Shown: piece after piece, positions 45,560-55,271 of the stretch
How positions within the stretch are numbered: the stretch's first letter is position 1
Layout: every line of letters begins with the position of its first letter
The notes under the pieces: generated by a model
What the model was told of the DNA's origin: nothing
Seen by the model: the letters and a program-made list of their open reading frames with translations, nothing else
Databases searched by the model: none
Assembly: GCA_036383255.1 (NCBI GenBank)
Contig: DASVOS010000009.1
Coordinates: forward strand, 47,287-111,286
Source: Gammaproteobacteria bacterium
GTDB lineage: Bacteria; Pseudomonadota; Gammaproteobacteria; Natronospirales; REEB76
Direction: 5' to 3'
Length of the DNA stretch: 64,000 bases
Made by a program: the position numbers and the translations under genes

Positions 45560-47598
45560 GCCTTGGGCTCCCGCAGGGTCGCCGCATTCCAGCCGGTGTC
45601 CGGCTTGAAGCGGTCGCCATGGGCCTGGGCGAGCTGCTGCAGGCGCGTCTGCAGCTTGTCGGCGCCGGTGGCGCGGATATAGTTGACCGGGCCGCCGCGG
45701 AACGGCGCGAAGCCCGTGCCGAAGATCACTCCGGCGTCCAGGAGCTCCGCATCGGCCACGATGCCCTCGCGCAGCACCGCCACTGCCTCGTTGAGCATGG
45801 GCATGATCAGGCGGTCCTGCAGGTCTTGGGTGGCGCCCTCGACGCGCGACTTGTCCTTCACCGGCTTGCCATCCACATATCTGTAGAAGCCCGCGCCGGT
45901 CTTGCGGCCGAGCTGCTTGGCCTCGACCCGCTTCACCAGGCTCTCCGGGATCTTCTTGTTGAACTCCTTGGCGAACACCTTCGCCACCGAGAGGCTCACA
46001 TCCAGGCCCACCGTGTCGGCGAGCTCAGCCGGACCCATGGGCATGCCGAAGTCCAGCGCCGCCTGGTCGATGGCCTCCAGCGCCATGCCGTCGTCCGCCG
46101 CCAGCATCGCTTCCATCATGTAGGGCATGAGGATGCGGTTCACCAGGAAGCCCGGCGCGCTCTTCACCGGCACCGCCAGCTTGTCGATGTGGCGGGTGAA
46201 GGCGAGCGCTTTCGCCACCACCTCCTTGGGGGTGTCCTCGGCGTGGATCACCTCCACCAACGGCATCTTCGCCACGGGATTGAAGAAGTGCAGGCCCACG
46301 AGACGCGTCGGCTCCTTGAGCACGGTGCGCAGGGTCTCGAGCCTGATGCTCGAGGTGTTGGTGGCCAGCACCTCACCGGGCGCCATCACCGCATCGAGCT
46401 TCTTATACAACGCCTGCTTGGCGTCAACGTCCTCGAATATGGCCTCTATGGCCACCTGCGCGTCCTTCGCGCCGTCGCCAGCCACGTCCATCTTGAGACG
46501 CGCCGTCGCGGCGTCCACCTCGGCGCCCCGGAGCTTCTTCTCGAAGAGCTTGCGGGCGCGGACCAGCGCCGGCTGCACGTATTTCTCCTCCCGGTCCTGC
46601 AACGTCACCTCGTAGCCGCGCAGGGCGCACCAGGCGGCGATGTCGCCGCCCATAGTGCCGGCGCCCACCACGTGCACGTGCTTCAAGGCGAGATCGGATT
46701 TCTTGCCCAGGGACTTGAGGCGATCCTGCAGCAGGAACACGCGCATGAGGTTATGGGAGACATCCAGCGTCAGCATGTGGCCGAAGGACTGGGCCTCGGC
46801 TTCGTACTGGGCCTCGCCGGCAGCGTACTTCTTCCACAGGTCGATCACCGCGTAGGGCGCGGGGTAGTGGTCGCGGCGCACCTTGGCGGCCTTCACCTGC
46901 TTCGCCAACACGCTTGCGATGATGGGGCGCAACGGCGTCATGCCTAGCAGCTTCTGCATGAACGGCGGGGCTTTCTTGGGGCCGTTCTTGAGGATGAGGC
47001 GCGCAGCCGTCGGCCGCGCCATGTCCTCCGTCACCAGCTTGTCGATGAGGCCGATCTTGAGCGCTTCCTTGCCGCGCACGTTGCGGCCGCTAAGCATGAA
47101 GCTCATGGCCGGCAGCACGCCCACCAGGCGCACGGAACGCACGGAACCGCCGAAGCCAGGGTGCACGCCGATCTTCACTTCCGGCAGGCCGAGCGCCAGC
47201 TTGTCATCGTCCACAGCCACCCGGTAGGTACAGGCCAGGGACAGCTCCAGGCCGCCGCCCAGGCAGAAGCCGTTGATGAGCGCCACGGAGGGGCAGGGCA
47301 GCTTCTCGATCTGCTCGAAGATAAGCTGGCCGCCGCGGGCCATGCGGAAGGCTTCCTCCTGGGCGCGCAGGTCCTTGATCTCCTTGATGTCGGCGCCGGC
47401 GATGAAGCCGTTCTTCTTGGCCGAGTAGATGACGAGGCCCTTCGGTCGCATGGCAGCCACCTGCTTCAGGACCTCACTGAGTTCCAGCATCACCGACGTC
47501 GAGAGCACGTTGGTGCTGGCCCCGACCTTGTCGAAGCACAGCCAGGCGATGCCGTCCGCGTCCTGCTCGATGCGCCAGTTGGTTTTGCTCTCGGCCAT
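45556..47598 (-). CDS. bifunctional enoyl-CoA hydratase / 3-hydroxyacyl-CoA dehydrogenase (FadB/FadJ-like)
   Basis: 680 aa. N-terminal crotonase fold (GFIAGADIKE, GFCLGGGLELSLAC), then an NAD domain (VHVVGAGTMGGDIA) and the HFFNPV motif. Confidence 0.9.
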   Translation of the reverse strand: MAESKTNWRIEQDADGIAWLCFDKVGASTNVLSTSVMLELSEVLKQVAAMRPKGLVIYSAKKNGFIAGADIKEIKDLRAQEEAFRMARGGQLIFEQIEKLPCPSVALINGFCLGGGLELSLACTYRVAVDDDKLALGLPEVKIGVHPGFGGSVRSVRLVGVLPAMSFMLSGRNVRGKEALKIGLIDKLVTEDMARPTAARLILKNGPKKAPPFMQKLLGMTPLRPIIASVLAKQVKAAKVRRDHYPAPYAVIDLWKKYAAGEAQYEAEAQSFGHMLTLDVSHNLMRVFLLQDRLKSLGKKSDLALKHVHVVGAGTMGGDIAAWCALRGYEVTLQDREEKYVQPALVRARKLFEKKLRGAEVDAATARLKMDVAGDGAKDAQVAIEAIFEDVDAKQALYKKLDAVMAPGEVLATNTSSIRLETLRTVLKEPTRLVGLHFFNPVAKMPLVEVIHAEDTPKEVVAKALAFTRHIDKLAVPVKSAPGFLVNRILMPYMMEAMLAADDGMALEAIDQAALDFGMPMGPAELADTVGLDVSLSVAKVFAKEFNKKIPESLVKRVEAKQLGRKTGAGFYRYVDGKPVKDKSRVEGATQDLQDRLIMPMLNEAVAVLREGIVADAELLDAGVIFGTGFAPFRGGPVNYIRATGADKLQTRLQQLAQAHGDRFKPDTGWNAATLREPKA

Positions 47599-47693
47599 GG
47601 GGTGACTCCGGATATTCGTTTAGTTATGGAAGGCGACGGATGCCGCTTGGCGGCCCATCATCATAGGAACCGGACCGGAGGGCCGCAAGGCGG

Positions 47694-48374
47694 CTATTCG
47701 GGGGCGAACTTGCCCTCGTCCAGCCCCGTGAAGCGGGTGCCGGCCGGAACCTTGAGCAGGCGGGTGCGGAGCTCCCGGTCCACCCGGGTCATGCTCTGGT
47801 AGCGGGCATCGTCCTCACCGGTCTGGGTGCCGTTCAGGGTGCGCTGGATGAAGTTGCGGGTGCCGCGCCGGCGCAGGCGCGAGGCTCTTTCGTACACGTC
47901 GAACCAGTCGCCGGGCACACGGTCGCCGAAGCGCAGGCCGGCATACTCCCGCAGCACCGCCAGGCGGGCCTCGTTGGCGGCGATGTACGTCCGGGCCTCG
48001 GCGTCGCTCTGCAGGAGCTCGCTGCTCTGCTCACGGAGCTTCTTCCTCACCTCGGGCGGCAGCTCCAGGATCTCCATGTTGAGGAGCCGCCGGTCCACGC
48101 TGTCCATGAGCTCGCGCCGGAGCGCCTGCAGCGGGTCCTCATCCCGCCGCAACGCCGCCTCGAACTCGAGCAGGTTGCCGTGCACGGACTCGCGCACCTC
48201 CACTGTGAGTTCGGCCAGCAGCGCATCGCGCAACTCCCGCAGGCGATCGTCACCGGGACCGTCGACCGACCAGCTGCGCCAAGCCTGCTCCATGGTGGCG
48301 CGGCGCCGCCGCACCAGCAGCACTGTGGCGCTGGCGAACGCCGCGGCGGTCAGTCCCGCCAGCAGCCAGTGCAT
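47694..48374 (-). CDS. hypothetical membrane-anchored, charged/helical protein
   Basis: Start inferred at MHWLLAGLTAAAFASATVLLV (48374, 1-nt overlap with the EEP stop). One TM helix, then an Arg/Glu-rich sequence. No family recognised. Confidence 0.5.
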   Translation of the reverse strand: MHWLLAGLTAAAFASATVLLVRRRRATMEQAWRSWSVDGPGDDRLRELRDALLAELTVEVRESVHGNLLEFEAALRRDEDPLQALRRELMDSVDRRLLNMEILELPPEVRKKLREQSSELLQSDAEARTYIAANEARLAVLREYAGLRFGDRVPGDWFDVYERASRLRRRGTRNFIQRTLNGTQTGEDDARYQSMTRVDRELRTRLLKVPAGTRFTGLDEGKFAPE

Positions 48375-49117
48375 CAGCGCGCGCTCCGCACGTGGAAGTC
48401 GCACACCAGCGGCAGGTGATCCGAGAGCGTGGTGCGTGGGATGTCGAAGCGCGCGACTTCGATGCCGGGGCCGTGCAGGATGAAATCGAGCTGGCGGAAC
48501 GGGCGGTTGCTGGGCCAGGACGGGAGGTTGCCGAGGTTGGCGTTGGCGAGCCCGCTGCCGTCGATGAACTTGGCGATCTCATGATCGCCCCACAGGGTGT
48601 TGAAGTCGCCGGCGACGATCACCGGCTTGGTGGCGCTGCGCACGAGTGAGGCGAGATGGTGCATCTGCTGGTGCCGGTGGCTGCGCTTGAGGGAGAGGTG
48701 CACCAGGAACAGGCAGACCTGGTCCAGCTCCAGCTCCATGATAAGCCGCTTCACCCCCAGTTCAAAGTAGTGCAGGCGCTGCACGGCGTCAGGGTAGTGG
48801 GTCAGGAAGGCGTTGCCCTGCTTGTTCAGGATGGGCAGGCGACGGTTGATGGAATTCACGCCGTACTTGTTCTGGAAGTGGGGAGAATGGCCGATGGCGG
48901 AAGCGATGGCCTCGGCCTGGTTCACCGCCGCGGCGCGGCGCGAGCCCATGTCCACCTCCACCAGGCCGACGATGTCCGGCGCCTGGTCCCGGATGAACTC
49001 GGTGATGCGGGCCAGGTTCTTGCTGGTGTTGCGCAGGTAGCCGGCCCCGGGCAGCGGCAGGTGGAACCCCGGGCCGGTGCCCGTGGCGTACCGCATGTTG
49101 TAGAGGAGCAGGCGCAA
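48374..49117 (-). CDS. endonuclease/exonuclease/phosphatase (EEP) family protein
   Basis: 247 aa. LLLYNMRY...DIVGLVEVD...VAGDFN...SDHLPL. Confidence 0.8.
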   Translation of the reverse strand: MRLLLYNMRYATGTGPGFHLPLPGAGYLRNTSKNLARITEFIRDQAPDIVGLVEVDMGSRRAAAVNQAEAIASAIGHSPHFQNKYGVNSINRRLPILNKQGNAFLTHYPDAVQRLHYFELGVKRLIMELELDQVCLFLVHLSLKRSHRHQQMHHLASLVRSATKPVIVAGDFNTLWGDHEIAKFIDGSGLANANLGNLPSWPSNRPFRQLDFILHGPGIEVARFDIPRTTLSDHLPLVCDFHVRSAR

Positions 49118-49172
49118 GTGGCTGGGTGGCAGTTTAGAATCCCAGGGACACTATAGCAGCCGGGCCCCGCAG

Positions 49173-50276
49173 ATGTCGGCGCAAGACAGCAGCCGTAAAA
49201 TGGCCGAGACCCCCATCCGCGTCTTCACGGAGGGCGACGAGCTCTACGAGGCCATGCTCGACGCGATCCATGGCGCCCGCCGCACCATCAAGTTCGAGAG
49301 CTACATATTCGCCGACGACGAGGTCGGCCGGCGCTTCATCGGGGCACTGGTGGAGCGGGCCAGGACCGGCGTGCAGGTACTGGTCTACATAGACGCGGTA
49401 GGCTCGCTGTTCTCCGGCAAGACGGTGGAGCAGGTGCTGCGGGAGGGCGGCGTGAAGGTGCGCTGGTTCAGGCGCTGGAGCTGGCGCGATCCGGCCCGCT
49501 ACAACCGCCGCAATCACCGCAAGCTCCTGGTGGTGGACGGGCACATCGGATTCTTCGGCGGCTTCAATGTGCACCGGGAGAACTCCCGCGGCGTGTTCGG
49601 CGAACAGCGCTGGCGCGACACACAGCTGCAGGTGGGCGGCAAGCTGGCGCGAACGCTGCAGCGCTTGTTCGATGCATTCTGGCGCGGACGCATGCTGCCG
49701 CACCCGGCGCTGGAGCTGCCTGGCGGGCACCTGTTCGTCACCAACCATTCGCGCGGCGGGCGCCGCTACCTGCACCGGCTGTACCGCCGCAAGTTCGCCG
49801 AGGCGAAGCGCAGCATACATCTCACCACGCCGTACTTCGTGCCGGACCGGCGCACCCGCCGTGCGCTGAGGCAGGCCGCGCAGCGAGGCGTGGAGGTGAA
49901 GCTCCTGGTGCCGCACCGCATCGATGAGCCCATCGAGCGCGTGGTGCAGTGGGCGGCGCACGCCATGTACGCGAGCCTGCTGGAGGCGGGCGTGCAGATC
50001 CACGAGTACCTGCCGCGCATGCTGCACGCCAAGACCCTGGTCATCGACGGGGAGTGGTGCAGCGTCGGTACCGCAAACCTCGACTACCGCAGTTTCTTCC
50101 TGAACTATGAGCTCACCCTCACCAGCACCGACGCTGCGCTGGTGCAGCGCCTGGAGGCGGATTTCCAGCAGGACCTCACCCAGTCCGTGCGCATCCAGCC
50201 CCGCCGTTGGGCGAACCGCCGCTGGTGGATGCGCACCCTCGAGTCCCTGGGCTGGTCCATCCGCCACTGGCTGTGA
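49173..50276 (+). CDS. phospholipase D family protein, ClsB-like (two HKD motifs, no TM)
   Basis: 367 aa. HRKLLVVDG and HAKTLVIDGEWCSVGTANLD. The start may instead be the ATG at 49200. Confidence 0.8.
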   Translation: MSAQDSSRKMAETPIRVFTEGDELYEAMLDAIHGARRTIKFESYIFADDEVGRRFIGALVERARTGVQVLVYIDAVGSLFSGKTVEQVLREGGVKVRWFRRWSWRDPARYNRRNHRKLLVVDGHIGFFGGFNVHRENSRGVFGEQRWRDTQLQVGGKLARTLQRLFDAFWRGRMLPHPALELPGGHLFVTNHSRGGRRYLHRLYRRKFAEAKRSIHLTTPYFVPDRRTRRALRQAAQRGVEVKLLVPHRIDEPIERVVQWAAHAMYASLLEAGVQIHEYLPRMLHAKTLVIDGEWCSVGTANLDYRSFFLNYELTLTSTDAALVQRLEADFQQDLTQSVRIQPRRWANRRWWMRTLESLGWSIRHWL

Positions 50277-50339
50277 ACCGGGCCGGGCGGTGCTAGAGTG
50301 CCCGCCTGATCCCGTCCGATGCAGCCACCGGAGGTCCGC

Positions 50340-52463
50340 ATGTCCCGTCTGGTCCTGATCCTGAGCGCTTTCGCCGCGAGCTTCGCGGGCACGGCCGCCC
50401 ACGCCGCCGATTTCACCCTGCAGCAGGCCCTGAGCTATCCGTTCCCCTCCGAGCTCACCGCCGCCCCCAAGGGCAGCGCCGTGGCCTGGGTGCAGGACAT
50501 CGAGGGCGCGCGCAACGTGTGGATCGCCGAGAGCCCCGGTGCCGCGCCGCGCCAGCTCACGCATTTCGCCGGCGACGAGGGCATCGAGATCAGCCACCTG
50601 GATCTGTCGGCGGATGGCCGCTACCTGGTGTTCGTGCGCGGCGGCGATCACGATGCGAACTGGCCCGAGGCGCTGGAGCCGGAGCCGAGTTCCATGCCGG
50701 TGCAACCCACCATGCAGGTATGGAGCGTCGCGCTCAAGACCGGGGAGCTGCAGCTCGTAGGCGACGGCGATGCGCCGGCCATCGCGCCGGACGGCTCGCG
50801 CGTGGCTTTCATCCACCTGCCCGAGCGTGCGGTATGGTCGGCGGCCCTCGGCGGCGGCAAGGCCGCGCTGCTCTTGTTCGACCGCGGCAAGGCCTCGGAC
50901 CTGCAGTGGTCGCCGGACGGCAAGGCGCTGGCCTTCGTGTCCGGGCGCGGCGACCACAGCTTCATAGGCGTGTACCGCAACGGTGAGACGCCCATCGAGT
51001 ACCTGGCGCCGTCCACCGGCAGCGACTTCATGCCGCGCTGGTCGCCGGACAGCACCCGCATCGCCTACGTGCGCGTCCCGGGCCAGGGCGGAGTGCCCAA
51101 GCCGATCCTGAAGCAGGTGCCGGATCCCTGGGCGCTGTGGGTGGGCGAGGTCGCGAGCGGCAAAGCCGCGCGCGCCTGGCAGAGTCCCAACACGCTGCGC
51201 GGCTCCTATCCGCAGACCCAGGGCGAGGCGAACCTGCACTGGCTCCCGGGCGACCGCCTGCTGTTCCTCGCCGACATGGATAACTGGCCGCATCTCTATG
51301 CGGTGCCGGCCAAGGGCGGCGAGCCGAAGCTGCTCACCCCCGGCAAGTTCATGGTGGAGTACGTGAGCGCGAGCGCCGACGGCAGCCGCGTGGTGTACAG
51401 CGCCAACGTCGGCGCCACCGTGGGCGACCAGGACCGCCGCCACCTCTACCTCATCAGCACCGACGGCTCGCCCGAGCGCGTACTCACCGCGGGCGATGAG
51501 ATCGAGTGGACGCCGGCTTTGAGCGGCGACGGCAAGAGCCTGGGGTTCATCCAGGCCGGTGTGCAGCTGCCGCCGCTGGTGGTGGCTGGCGGCGTGGACA
51601 AGAGCGACTGGCATACCCTGAACCGCGACAGCATCCCGGCCGCGTTCCCGGCCCAGGGCTTCGTCACGCCGCGCTCCGTGAGCTTCGAGGCCGCCGACGG
51701 CACCGAGCTGCACGGCCAGCTCTATGCCACGGACGATGGCATGCGCAAGCCTGCCATCGTGTTCGTGCACGGCGGGCCGCCGCGCCAGATGCTGCTCGGC
51801 TGGCACTACATGAACTACTACGCGAACGCCTACGCGGTGGACCAGTACCTGGCCGCCCACGGCTTCGTGGTATTGGCGCTGAACTACCGCCTCGGCATCG
51901 GCTACGGACATGATTTCCACCACCCGGCACACTGGGGACCGACAGGTGCGGCCGAGTACCAGGACGTGTTCGCGGCCGCCAAGTTCCTGATGCGGGACGC
52001 GCGGGTGGATGCCAAGCGCATCGGCATCTGGGGCGGTTCCTACGGCGGCTATCTCACCGCCATGGCGCTGGCCAGGAACTCCAACATCTTCAAGGCCGGC
52101 GTGGATCTCAACGGCGTACACGACTGGTCCTACGACCTCTCGGACTGGTTCAACGGCGGCAAGCCGCGCTACGAGGAGGGTGACCGCAAGCAGGCCATGA
52201 AGGTGGCCTGGCAGTCCTCGCCGGTGGCCGCGGTGAAGGGCTGGCGCTCGCCGGTGCTCCTGATCCAGGGCGACGACGACCGCAACGTCTACTTCAACGA
52301 GATGATCGACATGGTGAACCGGCTGCAGGACCAGGGCGTGCACTACGAGGAGCTGGTGATCCCCAACGAGATCCACGGCTTCCTGCGCCGCGCCTCTTGG
52401 CGCCGGGCCGACGAGGCCACGGTGGAGTTCTTCCAGCGCGAGCTCAAGCCCCAGGGGAAGTGA
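50340..52463 (+). CDS. secreted S9-family serine peptidase with an N-terminal TolB-like beta-propeller
   Basis: The ATG at 50340 follows GGAGG. Signal peptide LVLILSAFAASFAGTAAHA; SPDG repeats; catalytic GGSYGGYL, then a later D and H (IPNEIHGF). Confidence 0.85.
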   Translation: MSRLVLILSAFAASFAGTAAHAADFTLQQALSYPFPSELTAAPKGSAVAWVQDIEGARNVWIAESPGAAPRQLTHFAGDEGIEISHLDLSADGRYLVFVRGGDHDANWPEALEPEPSSMPVQPTMQVWSVALKTGELQLVGDGDAPAIAPDGSRVAFIHLPERAVWSAALGGGKAALLLFDRGKASDLQWSPDGKALAFVSGRGDHSFIGVYRNGETPIEYLAPSTGSDFMPRWSPDSTRIAYVRVPGQGGVPKPILKQVPDPWALWVGEVASGKAARAWQSPNTLRGSYPQTQGEANLHWLPGDRLLFLADMDNWPHLYAVPAKGGEPKLLTPGKFMVEYVSASADGSRVVYSANVGATVGDQDRRHLYLISTDGSPERVLTAGDEIEWTPALSGDGKSLGFIQAGVQLPPLVVAGGVDKSDWHTLNRDSIPAAFPAQGFVTPRSVSFEAADGTELHGQLYATDDGMRKPAIVFVHGGPPRQMLLGWHYMNYYANAYAVDQYLAAHGFVVLALNYRLGIGYGHDFHHPAHWGPTGAAEYQDVFAAAKFLMRDARVDAKRIGIWGGSYGGYLTAMALARNSNIFKAGVDLNGVHDWSYDLSDWFNGGKPRYEEGDRKQAMKVAWQSSPVAAVKGWRSPVLLIQGDDDRNVYFNEMIDMVNRLQDQGVHYEELVIPNEIHGFLRRASWRRADEATVEFFQRELKPQGK

Positions 52464-52472
52464 GCCGGCGCG

Positions 52473-53735
52473 ATGGCACGCACGGCGCTGGTGATCGGCG
52501 GCGGGCTGCTGGGCGTGACCAGCGCCTGGTACCTGGCCGAGCGCGGTTTCAAGGTCACTCTGCTGGAGCGGCGGTCCGGAACGGGTCTCGAGACCAGCTA
52601 CGCGAACGGCGGGTTGGTGACGCCGAGCCAGTCGGATCCCTGGAACGCGCCGGGCACCTTCGGCCACCTGCTGCGGTGGTTGTGGCGGGAGGACTCGCCG
52701 CTGTTGTTGCGTCCGCGCGCGCTGCCCGGCATGTGGCGCTGGGGCCTCAAGTTCCTGCTGGCCTCCCGCGCCGCGCCCTGGTGGGCGGCGACGGAGGCGA
52801 ACGTGCGCCTCGGGCTCTACAGCGCCAACTGCCTGCGGCAACTGCGCGGACAGCTCGGCTTGCAATACCAGGCCATGAGCGTGGGCACGCTCAAGGTGTT
52901 CCGTGACGCGGAGTTCCTGGAGCGGTCCGATACGCTGGCCCGCTCCCTCGCGCCCCTAGGCCTGAGGCATCGCGTCCTGAGTCGCGCCGAGGCAGTGGCG
53001 CTGGAACCGATGCTGGAAGCGGCGCCAGGACTCACGGGCGCGATCCACTACTCCGAAGACGAGAGCGGCGATGCTCACGCATTCACTCGCGCAGTGGAAC
53101 AGCAGGCCCGCGCCGTCGGCGTGGATTTCCTCACGGATACGGCGGTGACGGGCTTCGCATCGCAGGCTGGCAAGGTCACGTCCGTGCGCACGGCACGCGG
53201 CGAGTTCCAGGCGGACGCCTATGTGCTCGCCGCCGGCTCTTACACTCCGGCGCTGGCGGCGCCGCTGGGACTCGACCTTCCGATCTATCCCGTGAAGGGT
53301 TACTCGGTGACGCTGAACCTGCGCGACCCGAAGCGCCGGCTGGGGATGCCGCTGGTGGACTTCGAGCGCAAGATCGTCGTGACGCCCCTGGGCCAGCGGC
53401 TCCGGATCGCAGGCACCGCCGAGTTCACCGGCTTCGACACTTCGCTAAACCCGCGGCGCGGTGCAGCCGTGCTGAAGCATGCCTTGCAACTCCTGCCGGA
53501 AGTGGCGGAGCAGCTGGAGGGGGTGGAACATTGGGCAGGTTTGCGGCCCATGAGTTGCGACGGGCCGCCGCTCGTGGGCGCCACCCGCTATCCGAACCTC
53601 TACATCAACTCCGGACACGGTCCGCTGGGGCTGACCCTCGCTGCGGGCTCGAGCCGCGCGCTTGCGGACCTCATGGCCGGCCGTGCGCCGGCGCTGGATC
53701 TCGCCTGCTATTCGCCCAGCCGCTTCTCGCGCTGA
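52473..53735 (+). CDS. dadA: FAD-dependent D-amino-acid dehydrogenase-like oxidoreductase
   Basis: 420 aa. VIGGGLLGVTSAWYLAERGFKVTLLER and ETSYANGG. DAO family, with a DadA-like N-terminus. Confidence 0.7.
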   Translation: MARTALVIGGGLLGVTSAWYLAERGFKVTLLERRSGTGLETSYANGGLVTPSQSDPWNAPGTFGHLLRWLWREDSPLLLRPRALPGMWRWGLKFLLASRAAPWWAATEANVRLGLYSANCLRQLRGQLGLQYQAMSVGTLKVFRDAEFLERSDTLARSLAPLGLRHRVLSRAEAVALEPMLEAAPGLTGAIHYSEDESGDAHAFTRAVEQQARAVGVDFLTDTAVTGFASQAGKVTSVRTARGEFQADAYVLAAGSYTPALAAPLGLDLPIYPVKGYSVTLNLRDPKRRLGMPLVDFERKIVVTPLGQRLRIAGTAEFTGFDTSLNPRRGAAVLKHALQLLPEVAEQLEGVEHWAGLRPMSCDGPPLVGATRYPNLYINSGHGPLGLTLAAGSSRALADLMAGRAPALDLACYSPSRFSR

Positions 53736-53738
53736 ATG

Positions 53739-55271
53739 CTACTCGCCGCTCCTGGCGGCATCGGCGCGGGTGTAGGTAGCGACACCGGGCATGTCCAGGC
53801 TCGCGGGCTTGCCGAATGCGTCCAGCCCGAAGGTGACGTAGCTCTTTCCGAAGTAGGCATAGTCCCATTGCACCTGGAAGGTGTCGTGGTGCCAGTGTTT
53901 GAGTTCGCCCGTGAGGCGCTTGCTGGCGCGCAGGCGCAGCCTGCCGTTTTCCAGCGTGACGCGCACGTCGCCGTAGAGCTCGTTGCTGTAGCGCCCGGCG
54001 TACTCCGCCAGCGGTAGCGGCGCCGCGCCGGGCTGGCGGGTCTTCTCCAGCGCAGCCTGGGCGGCGCGGTCCGCCGCGTAGGCGGGAGCCACCGCCTTCA
54101 GCACCCTCGTGCTCCAGTCCTTGTCCGGCCTCCCGTCGTAGGCATCCACCACGCGCCACACCAGCGCCATGGGCAGCCAGCTCTGGTCCATGTTGCTCAG
54201 CACCACTACGCCCAGGTGCCGGGAGGGCACCATGCCGAGCCCCGCGCTCATGCCGTCGATATGCCCGGAGTGCCACACCACCTTGGTGCCGGCATAGTCC
54301 TGCAGGAAGAACCCGAGGCCGTAGGCGTAGAAGCGGCTTTCCGGGTTGAGGGCGCTCAGGAACTTCGCCTCGCCGTCCTTGCCGCCGATCAGCATCTGCG
54401 GCGTCTCCATCTCCTCCACCGTCTCCGGACTCAGCAGTTGCTTGCCCTCGTACCGTCCGTCCGCCAGCAGCATGCGCAGCCACTCCGACATCTCGCGCAC
54501 GCTGGAGTTGATGGCCCCGGCGGGATCGATGTTGTCGGTGTTGTCCCAGGCGATGGGCTGCAGGCGCCCGTCGATCTCCGCGTGGGGCGCAGCCACGTCG
54601 GCGCCGGGCTTGAAGGCCCGGATGCTGGTGTTGCTGGTGTCCATGTGCAGCGGAGCGAAGAAGCGCGCACGCACGTAGTCGCCCCACGCCGTGCCGGTCA
54701 ATGCGGGCACCACCTCGCCTGCGGCCATGTAGAGGCTGTTGCTGTAACAGAACTGGGAACGGAAACCGTAGGCGGGCTTCTGGTAGCGCAGGCGCGCGAT
54801 GATCTCCTCGGAACTGAAGTCGGTGCCGTACCAGACGCCATCCTCGCCGCAGGTGCCGCTGCGATGGCTGAGGAGGTCGCGCAACGTCACCTCACGTGTC
54901 ACGTAGGGGTCGTACATCTGGAAGCCCGGCATGAGGGAGGCTACCGGATCGTCCCAGTCGAGCTTGCCGGCATCCACCAGAGTGCCGAGCGCTGCGACGG
55001 TGAAGGCCTTGGTGTTTGAGCCGATGCCGAACAGCGTGTCGCCATCCACCTTGTCCGGCGCCTCCAGGTTGCGCCGGCCGAAGCCCTGCACCCACACCAC
55101 CTTGTCGTCCTTCACCACGGCGATGGCGAGGCCCGGCACTTTCCAATCCGCCATGGCGTGCTGGATATAGGTGTCCAAGCCCTTGAGCTCGGGTGGCGGC
55201 TCGTCCGCGGCCAGGGCAGCCGGGAGGGACAGCAGGCAGGCGAGGGCGACAAGGATGCGTGCGAGACCCAT
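53739..55271 (-). CDS. secreted serine hydrolase of the class-C beta-lactamase / D-peptidase fold with a C-terminal lipocalin-like extension
   Basis: 510 aa. Signal peptide, SxxK (GSNTKAF) and YxN (YSN) motifs. The C-terminal ~120 aa resemble DUF3471. Confidence 0.8.
   Translation of the reverse strand: MGLARILVALACLLSLPAALAADEPPPELKGLDTYIQHAMADWKVPGLAIAVVKDDKVVWVQGFGRRNLEAPDKVDGDTLFGIGSNTKAFTVAALGTLVDAGKLDWDDPVASLMPGFQMYDPYVTREVTLRDLLSHRSGTCGEDGVWYGTDFSSEEIIARLRYQKPAYGFRSQFCYSNSLYMAAGEVVPALTGTAWGDYVRARFFAPLHMDTSNTSIRAFKPGADVAAPHAEIDGRLQPIAWDNTDNIDPAGAINSSVREMSEWLRMLLADGRYEGKQLLSPETVEEMETPQMLIGGKDGEAKFLSALNPESRFYAYGLGFFLQDYAGTKVVWHSGHIDGMSAGLGMVPSRHLGVVVLSNMDQSWLPMALVWRVVDAYDGRPDKDWSTRVLKAVAPAYAADRAAQAALEKTRQPGAAPLPLAEYAGRYSNELYGDVRVTLENGRLRLRASKRLTGELKHWHHDTFQVQWDYAYFGKSYVTFGLDAFGKPASLDMPGVATYTRADAARSGE

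Noticed and set aside
49134-52865. A 1243-aa uninterrupted ORF on the minus strand, spanning the ClsB-like, S9 peptidase and dadA genes plus two intergenic gaps.
   Set aside because: It is antisense to three ORFs whose translations carry clear family motifs (HKD, GxSxGG, GxGxxG). Its own translation is Arg/Gly/Ala/His-rich low-complexity sequence with no recognisable domain. In GC-rich genomes with strong GC3 bias, the antisense frames lack AT-rich stop codons, so ORFs like this arise by chance.
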